NCBI GenBank assembly: GCA_964392615.1
Contig: CAYMRB010000003.1
Coordinates: 1 to 63,940, forward strand
Source: an uncultured Planctomycetia bacterium
GTDB lineage: Bacteria > Planctomycetota > UBA8108
DNA: 63,940 nucleotides
Direction: 5' to 3'
How positions within the stretch are numbered: position 1 is the first letter of the stretch; the number at the start of each line of letters is the position of its first letter. A program made the translations under genes and the position numbers. Positions 46,001 to 54,681 of this stretch are shown here, in pieces. The notes under the pieces were generated by a model. The model was not told the origin of the DNA and did not search any database. It saw only the letters and a program-made list of their open reading frames with translations.

Positions 46001-48695
46001 CGTCCTGGCATTCGTCGGGCACGCCGTTCTCGTCGCGGTCGTCGCTATTGCCGAGGATCAGGTCGAGGCGGTCCGGCTGCCCGTTCTCGTTGCAGTCGGG
46101 CTGGCAGTCGTCCGGGACGCGATTGCCGTCGAGATCCGAACTCGAGCCCGTCGCGATGTCGATGGAGTCCGGAACACCGTTCTCGTTGCAGTCGGGCTGG
46201 CATTCGTCGGGCACGCCGTTGCCGTCGAGGTCGGTCGCGTCTCCCGAAGAGATATCGAGCGCGTCGGGGCGACCGTTCTCGTCGCAGTCCGGTTGGCACT
46301 CGTCGGGCACGCCGTCGCCGTCGATGTCGGCACTCTCTCCGGATGCGATGTCGCACGAATCGGCGCGTCCGTTGCCGTCGCAGTCGCGCGAGTCGCGGAT
46401 CGTCGTCAGGTTGCGTGTGATGACGATTCCGTTGTTCGCCCGCTCGTCGAAGGGATTGTGCAGAGTGTACAGGTCGGGGATACCGTCGCCGTCGATGTGT
46501 CCGAAGCCCGCATGCCAGACTTCGTGGGCGGGCAGGAAGAAGACGGGGGAGTGGGGGATGCCGCTCGAGTCGGTCCGGTAGACGCCGAGTCGTTCGCCGG
46601 TCGTGACGATCTCCGGGATACCGTCGAGGTCGAGGTCCATCGCATCGACGAAATCGAACTCGATCTCGGGCGAGAGGTGGACTTGCTCTCCGAAGCCGCC
46701 GCTTCCGTCGTTCAGGAGCACCGTCATGCCATCGGTACGGACGACGACGAGATCAGAGTCCAGGTCGCCATCCGTATCGACGAGCAACGCCTCCCGGACG
46801 AGCCGGTCGCCCGGGATCGTGAACTCTCCGGCCGGCGTGAAGTGGCCCGTGCCGAGCCCGGCGAAGAGACCGAAACGGTAGTCGCGCGTGTTGATGAGAA
46901 CGACGTCCGGTACCCGATCGCCGTCGAAATCGCCGGTAGCGAGCGATGACCCGTAGGCGACAGGCGTTCGCGGCCCCGGCACGAAGGTGCCGTCTCCGCT
47001 GGCCTTGACGACCTCGATGAAGAGATGCCTGAATTCTCCTACCGAGACGACGCGGGCGAGATCGTCGGTTCCGTCGCCGTCCACGTCAAGCCATGCGTGA
47101 ACTCGTGAGGGATCCAGGGCGACGACCGGCCCCGCCGTGAACGTGCCATCACCGTTTCCGGGGAAGACCGTGACGTGCTCCTCGTCCAAGACGACCAGAT
47201 CGAGTGTCGCGTCGCCCGTGACGTCGCGGGCCGACAGATCGATGCTCCCGGGCTCGATGGGGTAGATCGCGCCGTCGGCGAGGCCTCCGGCGCCGTCGGC
47301 GAGGTGGATACGCAGCTCCCGTCGGAAGGAGAGCAGTGTCGCTGCGTCGTCGAAGGAGTCTCCGTTGAAGTCCCCGACCGCGAACGAATGCGCTGCGACC
47401 GGCAGCAGGTGGAGCGGGGAGAGGGCGGTGCTCCCGTCGCGTCCGAAGGCGACCGAGAGCCCGCGCTCGCCCGCGGCCGCGATGTCGGGCGACCCATCTT
47501 CGTCGAGATCGACGACCCGAACCTCGCGCACGTCGTTCATCCCGGGGTGGATTCGCGGTGGGGCAAAGGTCCCGTCGCCTGCACCCACGAGCACCTCGAG
47601 CTGCCAGCGGGTCGCCGTCACGAGGTCCAGCACGCCGTCGCCGTCGAGGTCGGCCGCGTCGAGCGCGCGAGGCTCCACGCCGACGTCGATCTGGACCGCC
47701 GCCGCGAACACTCCGCCACCGTTGCCGCGGTGGAGTGCGATCGCAGCGCTGTCGAACCCCGCGACGGCGAGGTCGAGCTCGCCATCCCGGTCGAAGTCCG
47801 CCAGGGCGAAATCGGCGGGCCAGGTGACGGTGGGCACCGATGTCGTGCGGACGAACCTCCCGTCGCCACGGCCCTGCATCAGGACCACCTCGGAGGTAGC
47901 CCCCCTCAGCCCCACGAGCACGTCGAGTGTGCCGTCGCCGTCGAAATCGCCGAGCAGAGACGTGCGGGGCTGGGCGTCGACGGTCGAATCCCGATGGATC
48001 TGGAATCCGCCGTCATCTTCTTGCAGGAGCGCGGAGACGCGTCGCTCGTTCGTGCTGACCGTCAGCAGGTCGGTCCGCCCGTCCCCGTTCAGGTCACCGG
48101 CGTGGATCTGGTTGGAGCCGTCGGACGTCAGGTACAGCTCGGGCGCCGCGAAGGTTCCGTCGCCGGCGCCGCGAAACACGGACACGGTCCCTCGGCCGCC
48201 GACGGACGCGATGTCGATGATGCCGTCGAGATCGAGGTCGGCCGCGACAGGGGACCCGGCGCTCGGCAGAGGCTCGGGGAGCTCGCCCTCGCCCAGCGGT
48301 CCGCCGAAATCGTAGACGGGCGGCACCGCGAGACCGGAGCGGAGGCGACCGAAGAAGAGCCGGGCACCGCCCAGGATGTCGAGTCGGCCGTCGTCGTCGA
48401 AGTCCGCGATCTCGAGAGAGCCGATCCGGTCACCCGTCGGCCAGTTCCGCGGGGCGTCTAACAGGATCGCGGGCGTCGCTAGCTCACAGCTGTCGAGTCG
48501 CCCGTTGCTGCCGCAGTCGAGCGACGGGTCGGCCGCGATCTGCGTCGCGTCCTCGACACCGTTTCGGTCGCAGTCCTCGCAGTAGCTCGCAGCCGGGCAA
48601 GCAGCGATCGTGATGACCGCCAAGAAACGCCCGGTTCTCTGCCGAAGCCACTCGTAACCCGGGCGCTGCGGCCCCATCAGAAGCGTCAGCTTCAT
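43056..48695 (-). CDS. Giant FG-GAP/VCBS-repeat + TSP3-like repeat protein with dockerin-like C-terminus (1879 aa), paralog of the downstream gene
   Basis: ORF 43056..49382 trimmed to ATG 48693-48695 (MKLTLLMGPQRPGYEWLRQRTGRFLAVITIAACPAASYC). The 229-codon upstream extension runs through element copies G and H. Same block architecture as 37489-43008. The stop lies 47 nt from the next start. Confidence 0.85.
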   Translation of the reverse strand: MKLTLLMGPQRPGYEWLRQRTGRFLAVITIAACPAASYCEDCDRNGVEDATQIAADPSLDCGSNGRLDSCELATPAILLDAPRNWPTGDRIGSLEIADFDDDGRLDILGGARLFFGRLRSGLAVPPVYDFGGPLGEGELPEPLPSAGSPVAADLDLDGIIDIASVGGRGTVSVFRGAGDGTFAAPELYLTSDGSNQIHAGDLNGDGRTDLLTVSTNERRVSALLQEDDGGFQIHRDSTVDAQPRTSLLGDFDGDGTLDVLVGLRGATSEVVLMQGRGDGRFVRTTSVPTVTWPADFALADFDRDGELDLAVAGFDSAAIALHRGNGGGVFAAAVQIDVGVEPRALDAADLDGDGVLDLVTATRWQLEVLVGAGDGTFAPPRIHPGMNDVREVRVVDLDEDGSPDIAAAGERGLSVAFGRDGSTALSPLHLLPVAAHSFAVGDFNGDSFDDAATLLSFRRELRIHLADGAGGLADGAIYPIEPGSIDLSARDVTGDATLDLVVLDEEHVTVFPGNGDGTFTAGPVVALDPSRVHAWLDVDGDGTDDLARVVSVGEFRHLFIEVVKASGDGTFVPGPRTPVAYGSSLATGDFDGDRVPDVVLINTRDYRFGLFAGLGTGHFTPAGEFTIPGDRLVREALLVDTDGDLDSDLVVVRTDGMTVLLNDGSGGFGEQVHLSPEIEFDFVDAMDLDLDGIPEIVTTGERLGVYRTDSSGIPHSPVFFLPAHEVWHAGFGHIDGDGIPDLYTLHNPFDERANNGIVITRNLTTIRDSRDCDGNGRADSCDIASGESADIDGDGVPDECQPDCDENGRPDALDISSGDATDLDGNGVPDECQPDCNENGVPDSIDIATGSSSDLDGNRVPDDCQPDCNENGQPDRLDLILGNSDDRDENGVPDECQDDCNGNGTLDASDLDTHASFDRNGNGIPDVCDIATGFSADVDENRVPDEVESDCDEDGYPDRSAIRDGLVDDANRNGIPDSCDIASMESDDIDGNGVPDEAQPDCDGNGVPDSHEVAIGTATDCDGDGTLDACEVDPGAMSFGEIEMIELPGGVDGIAAGDLDGDGNTDIVWRFRERFGIGVARGDGFGGLLSPTEYEARDPGLPMLRDFDRDGVLDLLVTASFERQLAIFFGLGDGEFAPPVLHNIWWEDDRVGFLVIEDLDRNGTLDIVTIPDRQSVLQIFPGYGNGDLLPPFDVRLEEAPSLVEVADVNSDSLPDLIVAGDRERQVYLADGDGGFTRGESWSPTRIVRILEAFDFDRDGNVDLLGDSREHDGLTIWRGAGDGTFDEGTPIRSEFPPYVVIADLDHDGVDDIVSADYRTVFHDAGTVDGLPQAGSEFELGQQIEGLAVADFDRDGVLDVLVGDATFGGLALSRAVAPASFPVVSRIQSGPPGGIPVAADFDGDGTLDLSFVPVSTQNSIPVSVLFGNGTGRFVPGGEVEVPPWPSRVDVVDVLGDARPEMVIAHSGRAVEASILSVSVDRTQITRTAIAFGEFQEHVVARDVTADGLLDLVAAINSGLSVRRGRDGGTFSPPIESIGTSLNVIETIDVDRDGNADVVGVSRGLSPAQIAIYRGRGDGSFNPPTLTSTTIQSVESMLTMELDQDGFLDLVVASRERAEIALFRGTASGFSFAERIPLGNGWIEDLATGDWNRDGRVDIAAADSRGDTSSIVLLTATPTGSFDVATRLGRGRRVRKIASGDFDRNGAADLVGVDAIGVNEESPGPLLFSNRSPERAEDCDGNGVPDSCEELADCDGDGVSDACEVRNGTARDEDGDGIPDECETRCLVPGDCSEDGFFDISDPICLVGFLFLGAPERLPCGSGSADDMGNVELLDFQGDGQIDLSDVVAGLSFLFDDRPPHPLADRDSPSNVCVPFISCDAP
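43059..43349 (-). other. Dockerin-like C-terminal module, copy P3
   Basis: CLVPGDCSEDGFFDISDPICLVGFLFLGAPERLPCGSGSADDMGNVELLDFQGDGQIDLSDVVAGLSFLFDDRPPHPLADRDSPSNVCVPFISCDAP. Confidence 0.7.
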
Positions 48696-48927
48696 GTTCG
48701 AAGGCCCCTGTACGATGGAAGAACGTGCCAGGCGAGGTTCGGGGCACCTATGAGCCACAATCTGCCGCTGGGGCAGTGAGACGAACCGCCACTCTGCGGC
48801 TCTATGTATCCCGTGAACGCCATCGATGTCAACTCCTGATCGAAGCGACGAGCGCCCGCGTCTTTCCGACTCCGCGCTGGCAGAGTGGGGACGCGTGGTC
48901 GCAACGCCGAGAACGCGACTGCCGACC

Positions 48928-48958
48928 CCGTGACATCGCGGCTGCGGTCGGGCAGCAT
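48928..48958 (+). promoter_or_regulatory. Conserved element copy G
   Basis: CCGTGACATCGCGGCTGCGGTCGGGCAGCAT. GTGACA at 48930-48935, CAGCAT at 48953-48958. It lies 40 nt upstream of GTG 48999. Confidence 0.5.
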
Positions 48959-48998
48959 AGGGGTGTGTAGAGCGGTGGGCACCGCAGGAGGCTTGACG

Positions 48999-49229
48999 GT
49001 GCGCAGCGGCGCACAGAGAACGGTGGTCTGGATGGGTGGTCTCGGCGTAGTCGTGCTCGTCGGCGCGACGGTTGCGTCGTGGGACGCGCTGTCGGAGCGG
49101 TACTGGCTGTGGAAGCTCGAGACGGGTGACGCGGAGACCGCGCTCGCGGCGGCGCGGGAGCTCTCGGCGAGAGGATGTCGAGCGAACGCTCCACGCGCTG
49201 CGCTGTGTGCGGCGAGCGTGGCGGGATAG
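48999..49229 (+). CDS. Small TM protein, possibly the truncated N-terminus of a HEAT-repeat protein (76 aa)
   Basis: AGGAGG (48986-48991) lies 7 nt upstream of GTG 48999. TM helix VVWMGGLGVVVLVGATVASW, then YWLWKLETGDAETALAAARELSARG, which resembles the first HEAT-like repeat of longer proteins. Confidence 0.35.
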   Translation: MRSGAQRTVVWMGGLGVVVLVGATVASWDALSERYWLWKLETGDAETALAAARELSARGCRANAPRAALCAASVAG

Positions 49230-49320
49230 CCGGCTCATCGTGCGCGACGAACCGCCGATCCGAATCATCAGATGACACATGCTTCCTGGCGTGCGCCTCT
49301 CGGGCGGGATCGTGACCGCC

Positions 49321-49351
49321 CTGTGACATCGCGGCCGCGATCGGGCAGGAT
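49321..49351 (+). promoter_or_regulatory. Conserved element copy H
   Basis: CTGTGACATCGCGGCCGCGATCGGGCAGGAT. GTGACA at 49323-49328, CAGGAT at 49346-49351. It lies 69 nt upstream of ATG 49421. Confidence 0.5.
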
Positions 49352-49420
49352 GCGAGTATCTCCTCTTCGGCAGGACAGCCAAGAGTGGAACGATGAGCGT
49401 ACTCGTTGAGGCTTCGGAGC

Positions 49421-49927
49421 ATGAGAGTTCGCTTCACGCTGACGATTGCCGCGGCCACGCTCCTCAGATCTGTCAGCGTCGCGGTCGTGGCTCCCGGCCT
49501 TGGACTTGGTGACACCGTGGTACCGACCGGTTGGAGTTACACCGAGATGTTCCCTGACGACCCCCAGCAAGGCTGCCACATTCCCTGCGTCGACTGCACC
49601 GTGCTCGAACCCACCGCCGTCCCCTGCCCGACCTGTGGCGGTGCCGGCATGCTGTTTCAGGCAGCGCAGATGTGCGACGCTTCGACCGCCCGGAGTTTCG
49701 GTGTCCAGGCCCGCGAGATGTTCGAAGCCGCGATCGACCCGACCCAGCGCTTGCGAGCTGCCCGCGCTTGCCTGGTCGAACTGCTGATCTACGGCACCCC
49801 CTTCGCCGCCGGCTTCTCCAGCAGCGAGCTGCCCGACGATCAGGCGGCCGCCGAGTCGTTGTGCGCGGCGGTGCGCGACCCGCTGCGCGCCGCCTGGTTC
49901 GCCGCCCGCGAGGCCGAGCGACGCTGA
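49421..49927 (+). CDS. Hypothetical secreted Cys-rich protein
   Basis: The listed ORF starts at TTG 49406; ATG 49421 gives signal peptide MRVRFTLTIAAATLLRSVSVAVVAPG. Cys cluster CHIPCVDC...CPTCGG. No family recognised. Confidence 0.5.
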   Translation: MRVRFTLTIAAATLLRSVSVAVVAPGLGLGDTVVPTGWSYTEMFPDDPQQGCHIPCVDCTVLEPTAVPCPTCGGAGMLFQAAQMCDASTARSFGVQAREMFEAAIDPTQRLRAARACLVELLIYGTPFAAGFSSSELPDDQAAAESLCAAVRDPLRAAWFAAREAERR

Positions 49928-49980
49928 TCCACGTTCGGGAGCTTCTGTCGCCCGATCCAGCAACCGGCCCACCGATCGGC

Positions 49981-50373
49981 TCAGGAGTCGGAAGGCGTGT
50001 CGCTCTGCCGGGGAAAGTAGCGCCTGCGAATAGGCGTCGCCACCTTGACCTCCCCGACGCCGTCGGTGCGGCGAACCCAGAGCAGTCGGAGGTCCGTGAG
50101 CAGCCGGATCGAGAGATCGTCAGCAAGCAGATCGGCGAGTGGAGCCCAGCCGGGCCGCTCGCCGAGTTCGTCGAAGATCGCGGCCGCTCGTGCGAGATCC
50201 TCATCGCTCGCCGTGTGACGCGAACGCAGCCGCAGGATCCCGGCGAGGAGCGAACGCGGGGCGCACAGGAGAACCTGAGAGATGATCCAGGCGAGGGCGA
50301 GCGGGTTCCTGTGTCGAAGGATCGACGCCGGCCCTCGGGCGGTGCTGAGGCGTCGGAGTTCGGAGGGGCTCAT
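49981..50373 (-). CDS. Hypothetical protein (130 aa)
   Basis: The ORF has consistently G/C-rich third positions. It is convergent with 49421-49927. No family recognised. Confidence 0.45.
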   Translation of the reverse strand: MSPSELRRLSTARGPASILRHRNPLALAWIISQVLLCAPRSLLAGILRLRSRHTASDEDLARAAAIFDELGERPGWAPLADLLADDLSIRLLTDLRLLWVRRTDGVGEVKVATPIRRRYFPRQSDTPSDS

Positions 50374-50567
50374 CGATTTCGTTGTCGACAGAATCCCGGC
50401 CGGCTTTCGCGGGCGCTCGATGCGGGATATACGGAATCCTATCAGAAACGGACTCTGCCTGCGTGCCGCGATCGATCGCGATGAAGACGACCGGGCACAG
50501 GACCGAACCCGTGCCGCCGCTCCGCGAACGTCAACGAGGCCGAGGTCGCCGAGGGGCCTGCCCGTGT

Positions 50568-51353
50568 CTATCTCCTGCGCACTCGAACCTTCGCGGTCAC
50601 CGGACGGTGATCGGAGAGCTTCTGGCCGTCGATGACCTGACCACCGACGCTATCGAGCGTAAGCTCGCCGCCGTTTCGGATCAGGACGTGGTCGATGTCG
50701 ACTCTCGGCTTGTCGGAACTGAAACTGGGTTCCAGCCGGTCGACTTGTGTGAAACCGGCATCGTAGAAGAGTCTGAGCGTGCGGCTTTCCGGGACGTCGT
50801 TGAAGTCGCCTGCGACGATAGCGGCGACGTCGAAGGTGTCGAGGTGGTCGAGAAGGGCCTTGGCTTGCGCGAAGCGGGCTGTGTCGTCGCGGATCCAGTT
50901 GAAGTGGACGTTGGCGGCGATGACAGGTCGATCGAGGACGGTGGTTTCCAAGATGAGGGCAACGCGAGGCTCGTTGCCTTCGGGGAGTCGTAGGGAACGG
51001 TACTTGGTGACCGGGAGGCGGCTGAGCATGCCCATGCCGTATTGGCCACCTTGAAAGGGCATGAAGGAGCCGAAGCCGGGCACGCGGTCGCTGTCCTCGG
51101 CGAGGAAGAGCATCTGGTCGACGCCGGCGGAGCGTTTGCAGCGATCGTCTACTTCTTGAAGGAAGACCAGGTCTGCGTCGCTCTTCCTGAGGTAGTCGCG
51201 TTTCTCGACGAGGTTGAGCTCGCCACCGGCGTTGGCGCCGTGGAGGATGTTCCAAGAGAGGAGCTCAACCTCTTGGCTGGCGGCGCAGGACGAGAGGACC
51301 AAGAGGGCGCACAGCGTAGTTTTCGGCACGGCTCGATTCCCGATCTCCATCAA
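50568..51353 (-). CDS. Endonuclease/exonuclease/phosphatase (EEP) family lipoprotein
   Basis: 261 aa with a lipobox-like LVLSSC. EEP motifs LLSWNILHG, DLVFLQEVD, GDFND and SDHRPV. Confidence 0.85.
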   Translation of the reverse strand: MMEIGNRAVPKTTLCALLVLSSCAASQEVELLSWNILHGANAGGELNLVEKRDYLRKSDADLVFLQEVDDRCKRSAGVDQMLFLAEDSDRVPGFGSFMPFQGGQYGMGMLSRLPVTKYRSLRLPEGNEPRVALILETTVLDRPVIAANVHFNWIRDDTARFAQAKALLDHLDTFDVAAIVAGDFNDVPESRTLRLFYDAGFTQVDRLEPSFSSDKPRVDIDHVLIRNGGELTLDSVGGQVIDGQKLSDHRPVTAKVRVRRR

Positions 51354-51545
51354 CCAATGCAGCTAGGTCTATGGCGATGATGATTGTCGAAAGGTGAATC
51401 GGCATCAAGGTGAGAGGACCCGTGCCGCATCGGAGCTTCGCCCGAGAAGTGCAGAATGTCGAGACACACGGCAACTGCGAAACGTCACCTCAGCTCGGAC
51501 CTGACGCTTCGAAGACACCCAACACCTCAATCCCTGATCGCACCC

Positions 51546-54194
51546 TCACAACTCCGCCCAAATGCGGTGGATGCTCTTCTTGCGAGGGGCGTTCGAGGTC
51601 TTGTACCCGTCGATCACCTTCTCGAGGCCGTCGCACAGCTTGGCGGTGGTCTCGAGGTAGGACCGATCGGCGGCCGAGGCCGACGGCTCGGCCAGCGGCT
51701 TGAGCTTGCCTGCCTTCAGGAGGGACGTGCGTTCGTTCGTCGCCGCCAGATACTCTACAACGAGCCTCGCGTGGGCCGCTTCGTAGCTGTCGCCCAGACC
51801 GGCCGCGGCCAGGCGCTCGTGGAACCGGTGCATCTTCCTCACCTTGCCGGGAAGATCGCTCCACTTCGGAGCGGGCGGCTTCGGCTGCTGAGCAACTGCC
51901 TTACCGTCGACAAACAGCGTCATTCCGCCGTTGTCCGCGATGGTCGCGGCGACGTGAACCCAGCGGCCGGGCGTGAGCTTCGCATCGTGCGACAGCATCC
52001 CGGAGCGGCAGATGGCCCTGAGTGAATTGCCCGGATGAGTGTCGAGCAAGAAGCCGTCTGACGCGCCGACGGTCGTCTTGTCGATGATTCGTGCGCCTCC
52101 GACCGGAAGCGTTCCCGGCTTGATCCACGCGACCATCGTGCATGCCTTCGCGAAGTCCAGCCTCGGGTCGTCAGCGACTGCCACGAAGCCGGCGCCGGAG
52201 AGGCGCAACGCCTTCCCGGCCGGGTCGCCGACTACTTCGACCTTTCCCACGGGCTTTGCGACGAGCGCGCCTCCCGGTGCGCCGACGAATTCGCCGGCGC
52301 GCTTCGTGTCGAACATCCAGTCGCCCACGAGTTCGGCATCATCGATTGGCTTCGCCGATCGCCCGGACGCGAGCGCGGCGACCTCGCGATCGGAGAGCGC
52401 GCGACTGAAGACCATCGCCCGGCCAATGTCGCCGACGAACCGGCTGCCGCCGCCGCTGTCGGCGCCGATCCGCAAGGGCAGGCGGTTCGGCGTTATGACC
52501 GACGACGCGATCTCCGGCACGATATCGGATGGGGGGGCGAGCTTGGCTGAGACGGGCGGCGGAGCGAACGGCATCGGCTTCGCGTTGCCCATCGCTATGC
52601 TGATCGCGGCCCGGCGTGGCGTCTGGTCAAACGGAAGCGAGACGGATTCGCCGTCGAAGGCCGTCCACGCCTTGCCGTTGACGGTAACCGATGTGATCGG
52701 GCCGGTTCCGGCTGTTGCGAGGAACAGCCGCTTCGCGCCGAAGCGGACGCCGAACCGCTGTTCGAGGCGAGTGATACCCGGCGGGATGTGCGGCACGAGT
52801 GTCAGGCCTTTGGCGGCGTAGTTGTATTCGAACAGCCCACGCAGCAAGCCGGCTGGCGGACCGAAGCTGTCGTAGCACAGGTTGATCGGCTGGTTCGGCT
52901 GATAGACCTTCGCACCGAAGTCGACAAGCGGATTGTCCATCCTGAACCGCCGCGCGAAGGTCATCAGTTGTTTCATCGAGCTTCGCGCGTCCTCGAACTT
53001 GCCAAGCCGCGAGTAGGCCATCATCATCCTGCCCTCGCACGTCGACCAGTGGCCGCCGTTCACCCACGTGCCGAACATCCACAGCCAACTGTCCGGCGAG
53101 GCGTACATGTCGTCCAGCCCGGGGCAGTTCGCGATGATGAAGTCATTCGGGCGCAGCCCCGGGATCGATGCGATCTTCGCGTAAATCTTCGCGGCCTGGC
53201 CGTCGTCGACGACGCCGAAGCAGACGGCGTCGTGATTGGGTGAGGCGGCGAAATAGCCGTGCTTCGCGGCGCCGTAAACGCCGTGCTTCGTGCCGTCGGG
53301 GTCGATGTACTTGACGAGATAGCCCTCATCGGTTGTCAGCAGCGGGAGGCCCTTGCGTGCGAGGTCGCGGCGTTTCGCGTATAGCTCGACCCTATCGGGA
53401 TTGCCCGCCAGCTTCTCAAGCTCGATCACCCGGTCGAGCGCGGCGATGTAGGTAACCGAAAGCCCGGCGAGATAGGCCTTTCCGTAGGTGCCGTCGGGCT
53501 TCTTCCAGCCGGCGTAGTTGGGCGCCAGCAGGTTGCCCGCGGGGCCGGCGAGGAATAGGTTGTTCTTCGGATCGCGGCGCGTCTCGATGAAGTCCGCGCA
53601 GCGTTCAAGCTTCGGCAGATAGCGCTCTATGGCCTTCGCGTCGCGGCTGATCAGTAGCAGCTCCGCCTGCATCACCAAGCCCGCCGCCGTGAAATCCACC
53701 CCCCAGTCGTGGATGAGAACGTTCCCGTCGCCCTGCTTGTAGATGGCCCCCGATGGCATAGCCGCGTCGCACAATTGCCCGTCGGGCACGACGCCGTGGT
53801 TGCCGCGCCAGACCCACTCCTTCTTGCCGTCGCCCATATGATCGAACCACAGGTCCTGGGCGTTCTGCAGGAAGGTGACGAGCGGCTCCTCGTAGAAGGG
53901 CAGCGAGCAATACGTCGGCCCGTAGCTGTTCTGCACCCACCACGCGCCCCACGTGGGGCCCTCGACGAGGCCGTTCCAGGCGGGATTGTAGAGCATCGGC
54001 ACGTTCTGGAACTCGGGATCGGCGTGATACATCCTCCGCGCGATGTCGAGCAACTGCAGATACTCGACGTCGCCCTCGCCCCGGAAGAACTCCCCGTCGA
54101 AGCGCCCGCCGGCGCCCAGAGACTCACTCGGATGACAGCACGCAATCGCCCCGAACAAGAGAATGCTGCGAATAGGATCGCGCATGCCGATCAC
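51546..54194 (-). CDS. Secreted six-hairpin glycosidase-like domain fused to two LamG/concanavalin-like modules
   Basis: 882 aa with a signal peptide (IRSILLFGAIACC). The N-terminal ~520 aa look (alpha/alpha)6-like by eye only. The C-terminal LamG-type modules carry typical tails (VFSRALSDREVAAL; MTLFVDGKAV). Confidence 0.6.
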   Translation of the reverse strand: MIGMRDPIRSILLFGAIACCHPSESLGAGGRFDGEFFRGEGDVEYLQLLDIARRMYHADPEFQNVPMLYNPAWNGLVEGPTWGAWWVQNSYGPTYCSLPFYEEPLVTFLQNAQDLWFDHMGDGKKEWVWRGNHGVVPDGQLCDAAMPSGAIYKQGDGNVLIHDWGVDFTAAGLVMQAELLLISRDAKAIERYLPKLERCADFIETRRDPKNNLFLAGPAGNLLAPNYAGWKKPDGTYGKAYLAGLSVTYIAALDRVIELEKLAGNPDRVELYAKRRDLARKGLPLLTTDEGYLVKYIDPDGTKHGVYGAAKHGYFAASPNHDAVCFGVVDDGQAAKIYAKIASIPGLRPNDFIIANCPGLDDMYASPDSWLWMFGTWVNGGHWSTCEGRMMMAYSRLGKFEDARSSMKQLMTFARRFRMDNPLVDFGAKVYQPNQPINLCYDSFGPPAGLLRGLFEYNYAAKGLTLVPHIPPGITRLEQRFGVRFGAKRLFLATAGTGPITSVTVNGKAWTAFDGESVSLPFDQTPRRAAISIAMGNAKPMPFAPPPVSAKLAPPSDIVPEIASSVITPNRLPLRIGADSGGGSRFVGDIGRAMVFSRALSDREVAALASGRSAKPIDDAELVGDWMFDTKRAGEFVGAPGGALVAKPVGKVEVVGDPAGKALRLSGAGFVAVADDPRLDFAKACTMVAWIKPGTLPVGGARIIDKTTVGASDGFLLDTHPGNSLRAICRSGMLSHDAKLTPGRWVHVAATIADNGGMTLFVDGKAVAQQPKPPAPKWSDLPGKVRKMHRFHERLAAAGLGDSYEAAHARLVVEYLAATNERTSLLKAGKLKPLAEPSASAADRSYLETTAKLCDGLEKVIDGYKTSNAPRKKSIHRIWAEL

Positions 54195-54654
54195 CTCGTT
54201 TGCAGTTACGTTTCATTCTCGAAGCTCGGCGTGGCGCCGGGCTATTCGTGACCGATCCGACGGACGCGTTCCTCCGTCACGGCGGCGTCGATTGCAACAT
54301 CATGGTGCCTGGCAGGGAAGTGTACGCAGCGCCTGCACGTTTGTCATCCGCCCCCGATCGTTGGGGCAACCAGCTGTCGAAATGGCGCAGATACACGCCG
54401 GCCCCGGTACTGGAGAACTCCGTGTGCTGTCCAACGCACGGGGCACACTCAATCTCTGGATCTTGCCCGCCGCCCAGCGCGTGAGCAACTCGCTACGAGC
54501 GTAGCCGAGTTCGTCGGGCGCTTCTACGTTCCGTTTCTCGGCGTCGAGTGGCCGGCCACGGACGAAATCCTTGGCGACGACTGGAGTGATGACGTGCAAC
54601 GGCTGCGACGGGACGGCCGGTGACCGTAGCCGACGTGAGCGCCCACCTTTCTCG

Positions 54655-54681
54655 AGTTCTCACTTTGCAGCACAGAGAACT
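54655..54681 (+). promoter_or_regulatory. Inverted repeat AGTTCTC-N13-GAGAACT in the leader of the radical SAM gene
   Basis: Arms at 54655-54661 and 54675-54681. The repeat sits in a visibly AT-richer stretch 54-80 nt upstream of GTG 54735. Its function is unknown. Confidence 0.3.

Noticed and set aside
54300-54599. 99-aa minus-strand ORF in the 540-bp gap upstream of the radical SAM gene. Its first ~55 codons (HVITPVVAKDFVRGRPLDAEKRNVEAPDELGYARSELLTRWAAGKIQ) look protein-like, with decent third-position GC.
   Set aside because: I recognise no family and there is no ribosome-binding site. The second half degenerates into Pro/Ser/Cys-rich sequence. It may be another gene fragment, but I cannot support it as a feature. 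A blastx search would decide.
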